Shown: in pieces, positions 29,228 to 39,749 of the stretch
Position numbering within the stretch: position 1 is the first letter of the stretch
How the letters are laid out: the number at the start of each line of letters is the position of its first letter
Source: an uncultured Chloroflexia bacterium
GTDB taxonomy: Bacteria; Chloroflexota; Limnocylindria; Limnocylindrales; CSP1-4
Length of the DNA stretch: 64,000 nt
NCBI GenBank assembly: GCA_963719145.1
Contig: CAVRAX010000006.1
Coordinates: 55,159-119,158, forward strand
Direction of reading: 5' to 3'
The notes under the pieces: model-generated
Told to the model about the DNA's origin: nothing
The model's database searches: none
The model's input: only the letters and a program-made list of their open reading frames with translations
Position numbers and translations under genes: made by a program

Positions 29228-29355
29228 TCGGGCCCGCTTGGCGGGACCGCGGGGCCCGCTTGGCGGGACCGCGGGGCCCGCTTGGCGGGACCTCGGGACC
29301 GCTTGGAGACCGCCGGGCCTCCTTGGCGAGACCGCCGGGCCCCCCTTGGCGAGCG
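29228..29355. repeat. intergenic array of six ~22-bp direct repeats, each with a CCCGC-TTG-GCGGG-type hairpin core
   Basis: There are three near-perfect copies of GGGGCCCGCTTGGCGGGACCGC (period 22; cores at 29233, 29255 and 29277), then three degenerate copies (..GACCGCTTGGAGACC.., ..GCCTCCTTGGCGAGACC.., ..GCCCCCTTGGCGAGCGC..). Confidence 0.85.
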
Positions 29356-29579
29356 CGACGCGGCAGTCGCCGGCGGCCGGCACTCGGATCGAGACCGTGC
29401 CACAAGGATCGGTCGTTCGGTCACCCGGAATCGGGCCGATGGACTGGGACAGCACGGGCGCGACCCATGTACCTTGTGCCGAGCCGCCGCTCAATTCGTC
29501 GTGCGGCGCGCCGGAAGCTCGCATCCGCGCGGAGGGAGGCGTCCCGCGAGCAGGGCCGGGCGACCAGGAGGGATCACAC

Positions 29580-30548
29580 GTGCAATTCGATCGTCGGCTC
29601 CTCGGCTGGGGCCTGTTCCTCATCATCGTCGGAGCGATTCCCCTGCTCGTCAGGGGCGGGTATCTGGAGGCGGACCAGATCCGGGGCTGGCCCAGCCTGT
29701 GGCCGCTCCTCCTCATCGGGTGGGGCCTGGGCCTGGTCCTCCGCCGGACGCCGGGTGAGCTCATCGGCAGCGCGGTCTCCGTCATCGTCTTCGGCGTCAT
29801 GGTCGGCGGCCTGATCGCGACCGGCTTCGGCGGGTTCCCGGCCTTCGGTGCCTGCGGCGGCAGCAACGGCGGGACGGCGTTCGACCCCCGGTCCGGCGCT
29901 CTCGGGCCGACGGGCCGAGTCAACATCGAGTTCAACTGCGGAACGCTGACCATCGACACGGCCGACAGATCCGACTGGTCGGTCCGGGGCACCGGCCCGG
30001 ATGGCCGCGGGCCGGACATCGAGTCCAACGAGAGCCGGGTCTCCTTCAGCGAGCGGAACGATTCCTTCACCGGCTTCTTCGATCGCGGCTCGGAGTGGCT
30101 GATCGATCTGCCAAGGGCGCCCACGCTGAGCCTCGGGGTCACCCTGAACGCGGGTGAGGGCACCGCCGACCTGTCGGGTGCCGCGCTCGACAGCCTCGGC
30201 GTCACCCTCAACGCCGGATCGATCACGTTCGACCTGGCCGACACCACCGCGATGAGCAACATGAGCGCCACGGTGAACGCGGGCTCGGCGGCCTTCACCC
30301 TGCCCGGCACGGTCACCGACGCGAGCATGACCCTGAACGCCGGGTCGATCGAGGTCTGCCTGCCGGAAGGGACACCGGTCCGGGTGAGCTGGAGCGGGGC
30401 GCTCGGCTCGAACAACTTCGACTCGGCCGGACTGACCAAGATCGACGACCAGCACTGGGAGTCCGGCTCGGGGCAGCGCCTGGACCTCAGCGTCTCGGCG
30501 AACGCCGGATCGTTCACCCTCAACTTCGGAGGTTCCTGCCATGCGTGA
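29580..30548 (+). CDS. LiaF/DUF4097-like membrane protein
   Basis: The GTG at 29580 follows AGGAGGGA. Three N-terminal TM helices are followed by a beta-rich C-terminal region with reiterated (V)TLNAG(S/E) units. It overlaps the downstream pspC-domain gene. Confidence 0.55.
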   Translation: MQFDRRLLGWGLFLIIVGAIPLLVRGGYLEADQIRGWPSLWPLLLIGWGLGLVLRRTPGELIGSAVSVIVFGVMVGGLIATGFGGFPAFGACGGSNGGTAFDPRSGALGPTGRVNIEFNCGTLTIDTADRSDWSVRGTGPDGRGPDIESNESRVSFSERNDSFTGFFDRGSEWLIDLPRAPTLSLGVTLNAGEGTADLSGAALDSLGVTLNAGSITFDLADTTAMSNMSATVNAGSAAFTLPGTVTDASMTLNAGSIEVCLPEGTPVRVSWSGALGSNNFDSAGLTKIDDQHWESGSGQRLDLSVSANAGSFTLNFGGSCHA

Positions 30549-31068
30549 CCGCCTCTACCGCTCGCGCGACGAGCGCGTCCTGTTCGGCGTGGCCGGGGGC
30601 GTGGCCGAGTGGCTCGACGTCGACCCGGCGCTCGTCCGGATCGTCTTCGCCCTGCTCGTCCTGACGGCCGGGATTGGCCTCCTCCTTTACATCATCATGG
30701 CCATCGTCGTTCCCGAGGAGCCCATGTACATCGGCGCGCCGGCCGCGCCGGGTGACGCGGGCTCCGGGGCCGCCCCGTCAATGGACGCCGGCGCGCCGTC
30801 GGCGCCGCCGTCCGGCCAGGCCTGGATCGATCCGCGAGCGGCCCGGCGGGCCGCGCGCCGGGCGCGTCGATCGGAGCGCGACGGCCGGGGCGTCGTCATC
30901 TTCGGGGCGATCCTCATCATCGTCGGGGCCTGGTTCCTCCTCCGGCGCTATGTGCCGGCCATCGACAGCGACCTGGTCGGGCCGGTCCTCCTGATCGTGA
31001 TCGGGGCGCTGCTCCTCGCCGGGGCGATGAACCGGACCGGCAGCGGGAGCCCGCCGTCGCAGTCGTGA
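30541..31068 (+). CDS. PspC-domain membrane protein
   Basis: LYRSRDERVLFGVAGGVAEWLDVDPALVRIVFALL is a canonical PspC domain. It has additional TM helices and a basic loop. Confidence 0.8.
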   Translation: MRDRLYRSRDERVLFGVAGGVAEWLDVDPALVRIVFALLVLTAGIGLLLYIIMAIVVPEEPMYIGAPAAPGDAGSGAAPSMDAGAPSAPPSGQAWIDPRAARRAARRARRSERDGRGVVIFGAILIIVGAWFLLRRYVPAIDSDLVGPVLLIVIGALLLAGAMNRTGSGSPPSQS

Positions 31069-31136
31069 CGGTCGGCCTCCGGCGCGTGCAAGCGGACCAG
31101 GGAGCGTCGCGACACGGATCCGTCACACGGGGCGGC

Positions 31137-31142
31137 TAGAAT
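31137..31142 (+). promoter_or_regulatory. candidate -10 (TAGAAT) for msrA
   Basis: TAGAAT lies 31 nt upstream of the ATG at 31174, with a GAGGAG Shine-Dalgarno between them. Confidence 0.45.
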
Positions 31143-31173
31143 CAGGCCATCACCCCGTGAGGAGCCCCGCGCC

Positions 31174-31851
31174 ATGTTCTGGTTCAACAAGTCTGCCGAG
31201 ATGCCCTCGCCCGAGTCCGCACTGCGTGGCCGGACCGAGCCGATCCTGGACGCCGGGCCGCACCACGTCAGCAGCCGCCCGATCGCGGGCCCCTACGCCG
31301 ACGGCACCGAGATCGCCGAGTTCGCCCTTGGCTGCTTCTGGGGCGCCGAGAAGGGTTTCTGGCGGCTGCCCGGCGTCTGGGTCACCGCCGTCGGCTACCA
31401 GGGTGGCTTCACCCCGAATGCGACGTACGAGGAGGCCTGCTCCGGCAAGACGGGGCATGCCGAGGCCGTCCGCGTCGTGTATGACCCGTCGGTCATCTCG
31501 TACGAGCGCCTCCTGAAGCACTTCTGGGAGGCCCACGACCCGACCCAGGGCATGCGCCAGGGCAACGACGTCGGGACCCAGTACCGCTCAGCCATCTTCG
31601 CCCGGACCGAAGCCCAGCGGACGGCCGCGCTCGCCTCCCGCGACGGCTACCAGGAGCAGCTTTCGGCGGCCGGGTTCGGGCCGATCACGACCGAGATCAC
31701 GGGCCCGCCGGCGCCCGAGTTCTTCTTCGCCGAGGACTACCACCAGCAGTACCTCAGCAAGAATCCGAACGGGTACTGCCCCGACCACGGGACGGGCGTG
31801 GCCTGCCCGATCGGCGTCGGCGTGAGCGCGGGTACCGGCGTCGAGGCCTGA
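31174..31851 (+). CDS. msrA: peptide-methionine (S)-S-oxide reductase
   Basis: [11 protein letters not shown] active-site motif, plus [14 protein letters not shown] and [12 protein letters not shown]. Confidence 0.95.
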   Translation: MFWFNKSAEMPSPESALRGRTEPILDAGPHHVSSRPIAGPYADGTEIAEFALGCFWGAEKGFWRLPGVWVTAVGYQGGFTPNATYEEACSGKTGHAEAVRVVYDPSVISYERLLKHFWEAHDPTQGMRQGNDVGTQYRSAIFARTEAQRTAALASRDGYQEQLSAAGFGPITTEITGPPAPEFFFAEDYHQQYLSKNPNGYCPDHGTGVACPIGVGVSAGTGVEA

Positions 31852-31871
31852 ACCGTCGGGCCCGGCCGGCG

Positions 31872-33047
31872 TCAGATCGCGCCGCTGGCGATGAGCCGGC
31901 GGAAGCGGAGGCCTGAGGCCGCCAGGAGGACCGCCGCGAAGGCGGCCAGGACCAGGATCTCCGGGACGATGTCGACCAGCGTCGCGCCCCGGAAGAGCAG
32001 CGCCCGGAAGGCGTCCATCGCCCACGCGTGCGGGGTGACGTGGCCGATCGTACGCATGATCTCGGGGAAGACCTCGGGCGGCACCATCGTCCCGCCGATG
32101 AGCCCAAGGATCAGCCCGAGGGCCGGCCCGATCGCGCCGGCCTGGCTGGCGTTCCTGGCGAGGACGCCGATGAGCAGCGCCGCTCCGGCCGAGACGAAGG
32201 CGAAGACGACGATGATCGCGGTGGCTGCCGCCGGATCACCCCATTCGACCCCGAAGAACAGGGCCGAGGCGAAGACGATGAAGGCCCCTTCGAACAGGGC
32301 CAGAAGCAGCCGCCCGATCCCCTCGCCAAGGACGATCTGGGTGGCGCTCGTGGGCGTCGAGAACATCCGGCGCGAGATCCCGAGCTGGCGGGTCACGATG
32401 AGCTCGGTCGCTCCGGTCAGGGACGTGAGGAACATGAACAGGATGACCTGGCTCTGGGCACCGATCGAAAAGCCGCTCGGCTGGGCCTCGTCGGTGTTCA
32501 CGACCGAGGCCATCGTGACCGTCACGCCCGCGGCCGCGGCCCGGCTGGAGCGGGCTGTGGCCAGCGCGTCCTCGAACGAGGCGCCCGTCCGGGCGCTGCT
32601 GAAGCGGGCCGCGCGGACGAGCGCATCGAGGCCGGCGACGGCCCGCTCGACGGTCGCCCGGGTCGCGCTGGACCCCGAGGTTGCGTTGGAGCTGTAGCCG
32701 ACGTCGGCGGCCGCGCCGGACCGGAGGGCCGCGTCGAAGCCGGGCTCGATCGTGACCCCGAAGCCGACGGAGCCGCGGGCGACGGCGTCGTCGAGATCGG
32801 CGGTCGACTGGAACGACCGGATCGCGATCCGGCTGTCGTCCGATGGGGCGATGGCCGCGACGAGCTCCTGGGACAGCGCGCTCTGGTCGAGGTCGGCCAC
32901 GCCGACCCGGACGACGCCCTGGCCGCCGTAGGTGATGCCCAGGACGATGATCAGGATGATCGGCAGGACGACGATGAAGAACAGTCCAAGGCGGTCGCGC
33001 AGCGTCCGTGTCGCGTTGGCCTGGGCGATCGCCAGGATGCGGCTCAT
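31872..33047 (-). CDS. ABC-2 type exporter permease
   Basis: 391 aa: an N-terminal TM, a large extracytoplasmic loop and five C-terminal TMs. It overlaps its paralogue and follows the ATPase. Confidence 0.8.
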   Translation of the reverse strand: MSRILAIAQANATRTLRDRLGLFFIVVLPIILIIVLGITYGGQGVVRVGVADLDQSALSQELVAAIAPSDDSRIAIRSFQSTADLDDAVARGSVGFGVTIEPGFDAALRSGAAADVGYSSNATSGSSATRATVERAVAGLDALVRAARFSSARTGASFEDALATARSSRAAAAGVTVTMASVVNTDEAQPSGFSIGAQSQVILFMFLTSLTGATELIVTRQLGISRRMFSTPTSATQIVLGEGIGRLLLALFEGAFIVFASALFFGVEWGDPAAATAIIVVFAFVSAGAALLIGVLARNASQAGAIGPALGLILGLIGGTMVPPEVFPEIMRTIGHVTPHAWAMDAFRALLFRGATLVDIVPEILVLAAFAAVLLAASGLRFRRLIASGAI

Positions 33048-34222
33048 CGGGCCACCAGCGCTGCACGCGCGCGGACCAGGCCGAGGGCCCCCGTCGCAAC
33101 GCCCATGAGCAGCAGGATCCCGATCGACGGGCCGATGTCGGCCAGCGTGGCCGTGGCCCCGGCCAGGGTGTCGATCCCCCGCAGGAACCAGTAGTGCGGG
33201 GTCACCTGCGACACGATCGCCAGCGTCTCGGGCGCCTGGCTGATGGGAATGAACACGCCTCCGACCGCGGCGAGCGAGAGGGCGACGATCGCGTTGAGGC
33301 TGCCGGCCTGCTGGGGCGTCCGGGCGATCGAGGCAACGAGGGTTGAGATGCCCATCGCCGCCGCGACCGCCGCCAGGACCAGCGGCACGAGAAGGGCCGG
33401 CGGGCCCCAGTCGGCGCCCTGCACGAGTGTCGTCGCCACGATCATCACCGTCATCGCGACGAGGCCCAGGACGAACCCCGCCAGTGACGCCCCGGCCAGG
33501 ATCGTGGCCGCCGAGATCGGGGCCGCCAGGAGCCGGTTCATCGTCCCGACCTGGCGATCGGCGAGCAGGGCGAGGGCTCCGTACTGGGTCGCGAAGAACA
33601 CGAACATGATCGCCATCGCGGCGCCATAGAAGGTCGCGAGATTCGCCTGGCGGTGCTCGAGGGCGGTGTCCGTGACCGAGATCGGGCCGGGCCCCGCCGC
33701 GGTCGCCTGGGCAGCGGTGATCGTCTCGGCATCGGCGGTGCCACCACCGGCGACGGTTGTGGCGACCATCAGCTGGACCGCACCGACGCTGCTGGCGAAG
33801 CGGCTGACGGCCGAGCGGGCGATCTCGACCGAGACGGCGAACTCGCCTCCGACGATCCGGACCTCGGCCGGCAGGCCACCCTCGACCGCCGCGCTGAAGC
33901 CCTCGGGGATGACGATCGCGGCCGCGGCCGTTCCGGCCCTGACCTCGTCGGTCGCCGCGGTCTCGTCGGCCACGGGGTCGATGTCAGCGACGTCGGCCTC
34001 GGCCAGCGACCCGAGGACGTCGTCGACCAGGATCGCCGCGACGTGGCCGCCGTCGTGGTCGACGACCACGAATCGGGTGTGGAAGGACGAGAACTCGTTC
34101 GGGATGAGGACCGAGAAGGCGAGCGCCAGCCCGAGCGGTGTCAGGATCGCGAAGACGATGGCCGAGCGATCGCGCAGGCGCTGGCGGAGGATCCGGGCGG
34201 CGATGACGACCGCGGCGCGCAT
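33044..34222 (-). CDS. ABC-2 type exporter permease (paralogue)
   Basis: 392 aa with the same architecture as the neighbouring permease. Confidence 0.8.
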   Translation of the reverse strand: MRAAVVIAARILRQRLRDRSAIVFAILTPLGLALAFSVLIPNEFSSFHTRFVVVDHDGGHVAAILVDDVLGSLAEADVADIDPVADETAATDEVRAGTAAAAIVIPEGFSAAVEGGLPAEVRIVGGEFAVSVEIARSAVSRFASSVGAVQLMVATTVAGGGTADAETITAAQATAAGPGPISVTDTALEHRQANLATFYGAAMAIMFVFFATQYGALALLADRQVGTMNRLLAAPISAATILAGASLAGFVLGLVAMTVMIVATTLVQGADWGPPALLVPLVLAAVAAAMGISTLVASIARTPQQAGSLNAIVALSLAAVGGVFIPISQAPETLAIVSQVTPHYWFLRGIDTLAGATATLADIGPSIGILLLMGVATGALGLVRARAALVAR

Positions 34223-34237
34223 CGGGTGGGGGACCGT

Positions 34238-35260
<1,023 letters not shown>

Positions 35261-35387
35261 CGCGCGACTCCCTCCTCGTGGACGCTCCGCAGTCTTGAGT
35301 CCAGCGCCGACGCGCCGGGAGTGCCGATCGGCCCGATCCGGCAGGTTATCAGGGCCCGGCGCGGTCGGTCTCGGCGACGCGACCGCC

Positions 35388-35393
35388 TACACT
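35388..35393 (+). promoter_or_regulatory. -10 (TACACT) giving a leaderless phosphatase mRNA
   Basis: TACACT ends exactly 6 nt before the in-frame GTG at 35400. Confidence 0.45.
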
Positions 35394-35399
35394 CCCTCG

Positions 35400-36008
35400 G
35401 TGGCGACCCCTCGTGATCCCGGTGGCGAGCGACGGTCGCGGCTGTGGCTGGTCCGCCATGGCGAGACCGAGTGGGCCCGGATCGGGCGACACACAGGCTG
35501 GACGGATGTCGCGCTCACCGACCCCGGCCGGGAGCAGGCCGTCGCGCTCGCGCCGCTGTTGTCGAGCGCCTCCTTCGCGGCCGTCTGGTCCAGCCCGCTC
35601 GCCCGGGCCGCCGACACGGCGCGGCTCGCCGGCTTCGGAGACGTCATGGCGCTCGATCCCGACCTTCGCGAGTGGGACTACGGCGAGGATGAGGGCCGTA
35701 CGACCGAGGAGATCCGCGCCGAGCGACCGGGCTGGACGATCTGGCGCAACGGCGTGGTGGGCGGCGAGCCGATCGAGGCCGTCGCGGCCCGGGCCGACCG
35801 GGTCATCACCCGAGCCCGAGCCATCGATGGCGACACCCTCTGCTTCGCCCACGGCCACGTCGGCCGGATCATCGGCGCCCGCTGGGTCCGCCTGCCACCC
35901 TCGGCCGGTGCCCGCCTGGCGCTCGGGACGGCCTCGATCTCGATCCTCGGCTGGGACCGCGAGACGCCGGTGATCAGCCGCTGGAACGCCGGGATCGACC
36001 TCGACTGA
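35400..36008 (+). CDS. histidine phosphatase (phosphoglycerate mutase-like) family protein
   Basis: LWLVRHGETEW (RHG catalytic motif), SSPLARA and FAHGHV. The long track ORF upstream overlaps the ABC ATPase and is rejected. Confidence 0.8.
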   Translation: MATPRDPGGERRSRLWLVRHGETEWARIGRHTGWTDVALTDPGREQAVALAPLLSSASFAAVWSSPLARAADTARLAGFGDVMALDPDLREWDYGEDEGRTTEEIRAERPGWTIWRNGVVGGEPIEAVAARADRVITRARAIDGDTLCFAHGHVGRIIGARWVRLPPSAGARLALGTASISILGWDRETPVISRWNAGIDLD

Positions 36009-36062
36009 CGGCGGATCGGGCGATCGCGCCGGCCGCGGCCGAACGGCCGCCGGCCCTGCAGG

Positions 36063-37478
36063 TCAGGCGGCGCCGGACTCCGCGAGCGGGATCCGGACGA
36101 TGAAGCGCGCACCCCCGGTGTCGCGATTCTCACCGCGGATCTTGCCGGCATGACCGTCGACGATCCAGGCGGCGATGGCGAGGCCGAGCCCGGCGCCGCC
36201 GGGCGGCGCCCCGACGCCTCGCCAGAATTGCTCGAAGAGCCGGGGCAGGTCCTCGTCGCGGAGACCCCGGCCCTCGTCCTCGACCGTGAGCGCCGCCTGC
36301 GACGCCTCGCGCCGGACGCCCACCCGGACCGTCCCCCCGGACGGGCTGTGCCCGATCGCGTTGTCGACGAGGATCAGGACCAGCTGGCGGAGGCGGGCGG
36401 CATCCCCGGTCACCATCGCCGGCTCAGGGTCGACCTCGATCGTCACGCCACGCTCCCGCGCCGGCGCGGCCAGGGATGAGGCTGCGTCGGCGGCCACGTC
36501 ACCGAGGTCGACCGGGAGCCGCTCGAGGGAGACAGCCCCGGAATCCGAGCGGGCGAGCAGCAACAGCTCGTCGACGAGCCGGGTCAGATGGTCGACCTCC
36601 GCCCCGATGTCGTCGAGGGCTTCGCCGACCGTGGCCACCGGGGCGTCACGGTGGCGACGGAGGTGCTCGACCGAGGCGCGGATCACCGTCAGCGGCGTGC
36701 GCAGCTCGTGGCTCGCGTCGGCGGCGAACTCGCGCTGCCGGCGCAGGGCTCGGCGCTGCGCAGTCAGGGAATCGCGGATCGGGACGAGCGCGCGGCGCGA
36801 GTAGACCGCGCCGAACCCGGCGGCCACGAGAACGACCACGAAGCCGCCGGCGAGGAGGACGGCGAGGAGGACGGCGAGCGTCCGTTGCTCTGCAGTCCGC
36901 TCCTGGAAGACCTGGACGTAGACGGTACCGATCGCACTGTCCATCGGCACGGTCAGCATCCGAACGGCGTACCCGGCGGCGGTCCCTGTCCGGACATCTC
37001 TACCGGCCGCGACGGCCCCTGCAAACGACGCCTGGTTCGGCATGCCGTCGGGCAGGCTCGGGTCCGGGTCGCGCGGATCGGAGATGACCGTCCCGTCGGG
37101 GCGGAGCACGAGGGCGAACGTGCCCGTGCCGAAGAGATAGCCGGTCGGGAGGTCGTCCTCACCGGGCCGGGGTCGAGGGCCGGGTCCCCCTCCCTCGACC
37201 AGCTGCTGGATGGTGTTGATTCGCGTCTGAAGCTGCTGGACCCCGCTGGCCTCGAGCGTGCTGGCGGCGCTCAGGTAAAGGGCGATACCGAGGACGACGA
37301 GGACCAGGAACGTCGTCCCCGCGGCCCAGGCGACGAGCCGCCTGCCGACGGAGCGGACGAGCCCGGCGTCGGACGCCAGGGCCGCGGCCTCGGCGGCGTC
37401 CGGCGCGAGCGCGACGGGGGCCTCGGCGACCTCGGCCCCGGCCGGCTCGGGGGCGACGAGCTCGATCCCGTCAGGCAT
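36063..37478 (-). CDS. sensor histidine kinase
   Basis: Two TM helices flank a periplasmic-type loop. H-box FAADASHELRTPLT, N-box LVDNAIGHS, G-boxes EDEGRG and GGAGLGLAIA. Confidence 0.9.
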   Translation of the reverse strand: MPDGIELVAPEPAGAEVAEAPVALAPDAAEAAALASDAGLVRSVGRRLVAWAAGTTFLVLVVLGIALYLSAASTLEASGVQQLQTRINTIQQLVEGGGPGPRPRPGEDDLPTGYLFGTGTFALVLRPDGTVISDPRDPDPSLPDGMPNQASFAGAVAAGRDVRTGTAAGYAVRMLTVPMDSAIGTVYVQVFQERTAEQRTLAVLLAVLLAGGFVVVLVAAGFGAVYSRRALVPIRDSLTAQRRALRRQREFAADASHELRTPLTVIRASVEHLRRHRDAPVATVGEALDDIGAEVDHLTRLVDELLLLARSDSGAVSLERLPVDLGDVAADAASSLAAPARERGVTIEVDPEPAMVTGDAARLRQLVLILVDNAIGHSPSGGTVRVGVRREASQAALTVEDEGRGLRDEDLPRLFEQFWRGVGAPPGGAGLGLAIAAWIVDGHAGKIRGENRDTGGARFIVRIPLAESGAA

Positions 37479-38145
37479 CGCTCAGCCGATAGCCGACGCC
37501 CCGGACCGTCTCGACTCGGTCGCCCGCGACGCCGAGCTTCGTCCGGAGGTAGTGGACGTAGGCGTCGACCGCGTTGGGCGTGACCGCGACGCTGTAGGGC
37601 CAGGCCTGGTCGAGCAGCTGGTCGCGGGTCAGCGTCTGGCCGGGATGGCGAAGGAAGCACTCCAGGAGCGAGAACTCGCGCGGGCTCAGGTCCACGGTCC
37701 GGCCGTCGACGGTGACGCGGCGGCCGGCCTCGTCGAGGGCGATCGGCCCGACCTCGATCCGTGGCTCCGGCCGGCGGGGGCCGGCTTCGGCCCGGCGGGC
37801 CAGCGCCCGGAGGCGCGCGGAGAGCTCCTCGAAGGCGAAGGGCTTGACGAGGTAGTCGTCGGCGCCGGCGTCCAGGCCGGTCACCCGGTCGGTGACCGTG
37901 TCGCGGGCCGTGAGCATGAGGATCGCCGTCTCGGTCCCCCGCTTCCGGAGGCGCCGGGCGACCTCGAGGCCGGAGATGTCCGGAAGGCCGATGTCGAGGA
38001 TGACGGCGTCGATGCCGGCGGCCTCGGCGAGGTCGAGGCCCGTCTCGCCGTCGGAGGCCAGGTCGACGACGTGGCGGTCTTCCTCGAGAAGGCGCTTGAG
38101 CACCCGCCCGAGCCGCTCATCGTCCTCGATGACGAGGAGGTGCAT
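37471..38145 (-). CDS. OmpR/PhoB-family response regulator
   Basis: The receiver has DD...D (VILDIGLPD) and a Lys (DYLVKPF). The winged helix is LSPREFSLLECFL...VETVRGVGYRL. It overlaps the kinase gene by 8 nt. Confidence 0.93.
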   Translation of the reverse strand: MHLLVIEDDERLGRVLKRLLEEDRHVVDLASDGETGLDLAEAAGIDAVILDIGLPDISGLEVARRLRKRGTETAILMLTARDTVTDRVTGLDAGADDYLVKPFAFEELSARLRALARRAEAGPRRPEPRIEVGPIALDEAGRRVTVDGRTVDLSPREFSLLECFLRHPGQTLTRDQLLDQAWPYSVAVTPNAVDAYVHYLRTKLGVAGDRVETVRGVGYRLSDA

Positions 38146-38164
38146 CGTGGTCCCTGGCTCCCGG

Positions 38165-38785
38165 CTACGGGACGATCGTGATGTCGGTCGCCGTCGTGCC
38201 GCCGCTGGCCCCGGGCCGGAAGCCGTCGACGGTGAGGCTGACGGTCGTCCCGCTGGTCACGTCCGAGGCCGACGCGCCGGCCTGGCGATGGTAGCCCGTG
38301 TTCTCGTCGATCGCGACCTCGACCGTCCGGCCGTCCGCCAGCTCGATCGTCATCGAGTCACCGCTGACCGCGGTCACGGTGCCCTCGATCGAGACGCTCC
38401 CGGCGGCCGGCCCGACGCGGCTCCCGGCGGCCGGCCCGAGGCGGCCCTCGCCATCGTCATCGCCCGGGGCGCCGCCGAACGGGCCGTTCCCGTTGGCGGG
38501 TCGAACGCCACCGTCGAGGAGCGCGCTGCCGTTGCCGGCCACCGCCGCAGCCGCGCCCGGCCCGGTCGCCCGACCGAGGGCGAAGGCGACGCCGCCGACG
38601 AGGATGACGAACGCGACGGCGAGGACGCCGTTGACGAGGAGCCTCGTCCGGGCCGACCCGCCGCTCGACCGCGACGGTGGAACGAACGCCGGCGAGCCGG
38701 GTTCCGGTTCGAACGTGGGTCCGGGCTCGGGCTCGACCGGCTCGAACGCCGGGCCCCGGAGCGTCTGGTTCAGCTCGTTGGTCAT
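38165..38785 (-). CDS. membrane-anchored protein with a C-terminal beta-rich domain (DUF5666-like?)
   Basis: The ATG at 38785 follows GAGGAGA. It has a Pro/Glu N-terminus, one TM (LLVNGVLAVAFVILVGGVAFAL), then SIEGTVTAVSGDSMTIELADGRTVEVAID. The family call is tentative. Confidence 0.5.
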   Translation of the reverse strand: MTNELNQTLRGPAFEPVEPEPGPTFEPEPGSPAFVPPSRSSGGSARTRLLVNGVLAVAFVILVGGVAFALGRATGPGAAAAVAGNGSALLDGGVRPANGNGPFGGAPGDDDGEGRLGPAAGSRVGPAAGSVSIEGTVTAVSGDSMTIELADGRTVEVAIDENTGYHRQAGASASDVTSGTTVSLTVDGFRPGASGGTTATDITIVP

Positions 38786-38843
38786 TGGGATTCGTCTCCT
38801 CGGGCGCGAAGGCCGCGCCGCGTCCGGGTCTGGTGTCGTGGAC

Positions 38844-39749
38844 TCAGGAAACGACGACCGGCTGAGAAGTCCCTGAGATCGAAGGCGCACCACCGCCCGG
38901 CGCCTCGTCTCGGACCAGCAGCGCCTGGTCCCGAACCAGGAGCACCTGGTCCCGAACCAGGAGCTCCTCGACCCGTGGCGTCCAGGTGATGCGACGCTCG
39001 GCCGTGATGGCGAGGCCGCCATAGCCGGGATGCTCATGGACCCAGGCGAGCCCCGAGAGGCCCATGACGAACGCGGCGGTGGCGTACGCGTCGGCCCAGG
39101 CCAGGCTCGAGCCGACGACGCTCATGCTCCGGACGGCGCGCTGAACCGTGCCGCTCCGTGGGTCGACGATGTGCTCGCCCCGCTCGTACAGGCCCGACGT
39201 CGCGACGGCGCCGGTTCGGATCGCCAGCACCGCGACCACCGATCCGGGGTCGTCCGGGTGGCGGATCCCCACCCGCCAGGGGCGGCCGGGCAGGGATTCG
39301 CCACGGGCCAGGACGTCGCCCCCGGCGGCGATGGCGTAGTTCAGGGCGCCGGCCTCGTCGAGGTGGCGGGCGGCTTCCTCCACCGCCCAGCCCTTCACGA
39401 ACCCGCTCGGATCGACGGCGCCGTCGGTGCGGTGGCGACGGGCGTCGAAGGCGCCAGCCGACGTTCGCTCCAGGTCGTCGCACGCGGCGAGGACCCAGCG
39501 GACGTCCGGGCTCAGCGCGGTCTCATCGATCTCGCCCCGGGCCAGGCGCCCGAGCTGGGTGTCGGATCGGTACAGGCTGAACCGGCCGTCGATGTCATGG
39601 AGGGCGGCGCAGGCCGCGTCGAGGGCAGCGCGACCGGGCAGCGGCGGGCGGAGGTGGAAGCTCACCGCGGTGCCCATGACCATCTCGACATGGACGAGCC
39701 TGGAGCCGGCCGCCCCGGGGTCAGGGTCGGGCAACCGATCCGTCGTCAC
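38844..39749 (-). CDS. apbE: FAD:protein FMN transferase (ApbE family)
   Basis: VMGTAVSF, AIAAGGDV and ATSGLYERGEHIVDPRSG are ApbE motifs. The GTG start overlaps the upstream stop (GTGA). Confidence 0.85.
   Translation of the reverse strand: MTTDRLPDPDPGAAGSRLVHVEMVMGTAVSFHLRPPLPGRAALDAACAALHDIDGRFSLYRSDTQLGRLARGEIDETALSPDVRWVLAACDDLERTSAGAFDARRHRTDGAVDPSGFVKGWAVEEAARHLDEAGALNYAIAAGGDVLARGESLPGRPWRVGIRHPDDPGSVVAVLAIRTGAVATSGLYERGEHIVDPRSGTVQRAVRSMSVVGSSLAWADAYATAAFVMGLSGLAWVHEHPGYGGLAITAERRITWTPRVEELLVRDQVLLVRDQALLVRDEAPGGGAPSISGTSQPVVVS
38901..38966 (-). repeat. in-frame 21-bp tandem repeat x3 in the apbE 3' end (LLVRDQV/LLVRDQA/LLVRDEA)
   Basis: CTGGTCCCGAACCAGGAGCAC units. Each carries an internal inverted repeat, CTGGT..ACCAG. 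Confidence 0.85.

Noticed and set aside
29228-29355. Possible CRISPR array
   Set aside because: The units are contiguous at a 22-bp period with no unique spacers, the copies degenerate progressively, and there are no cas genes in the window.
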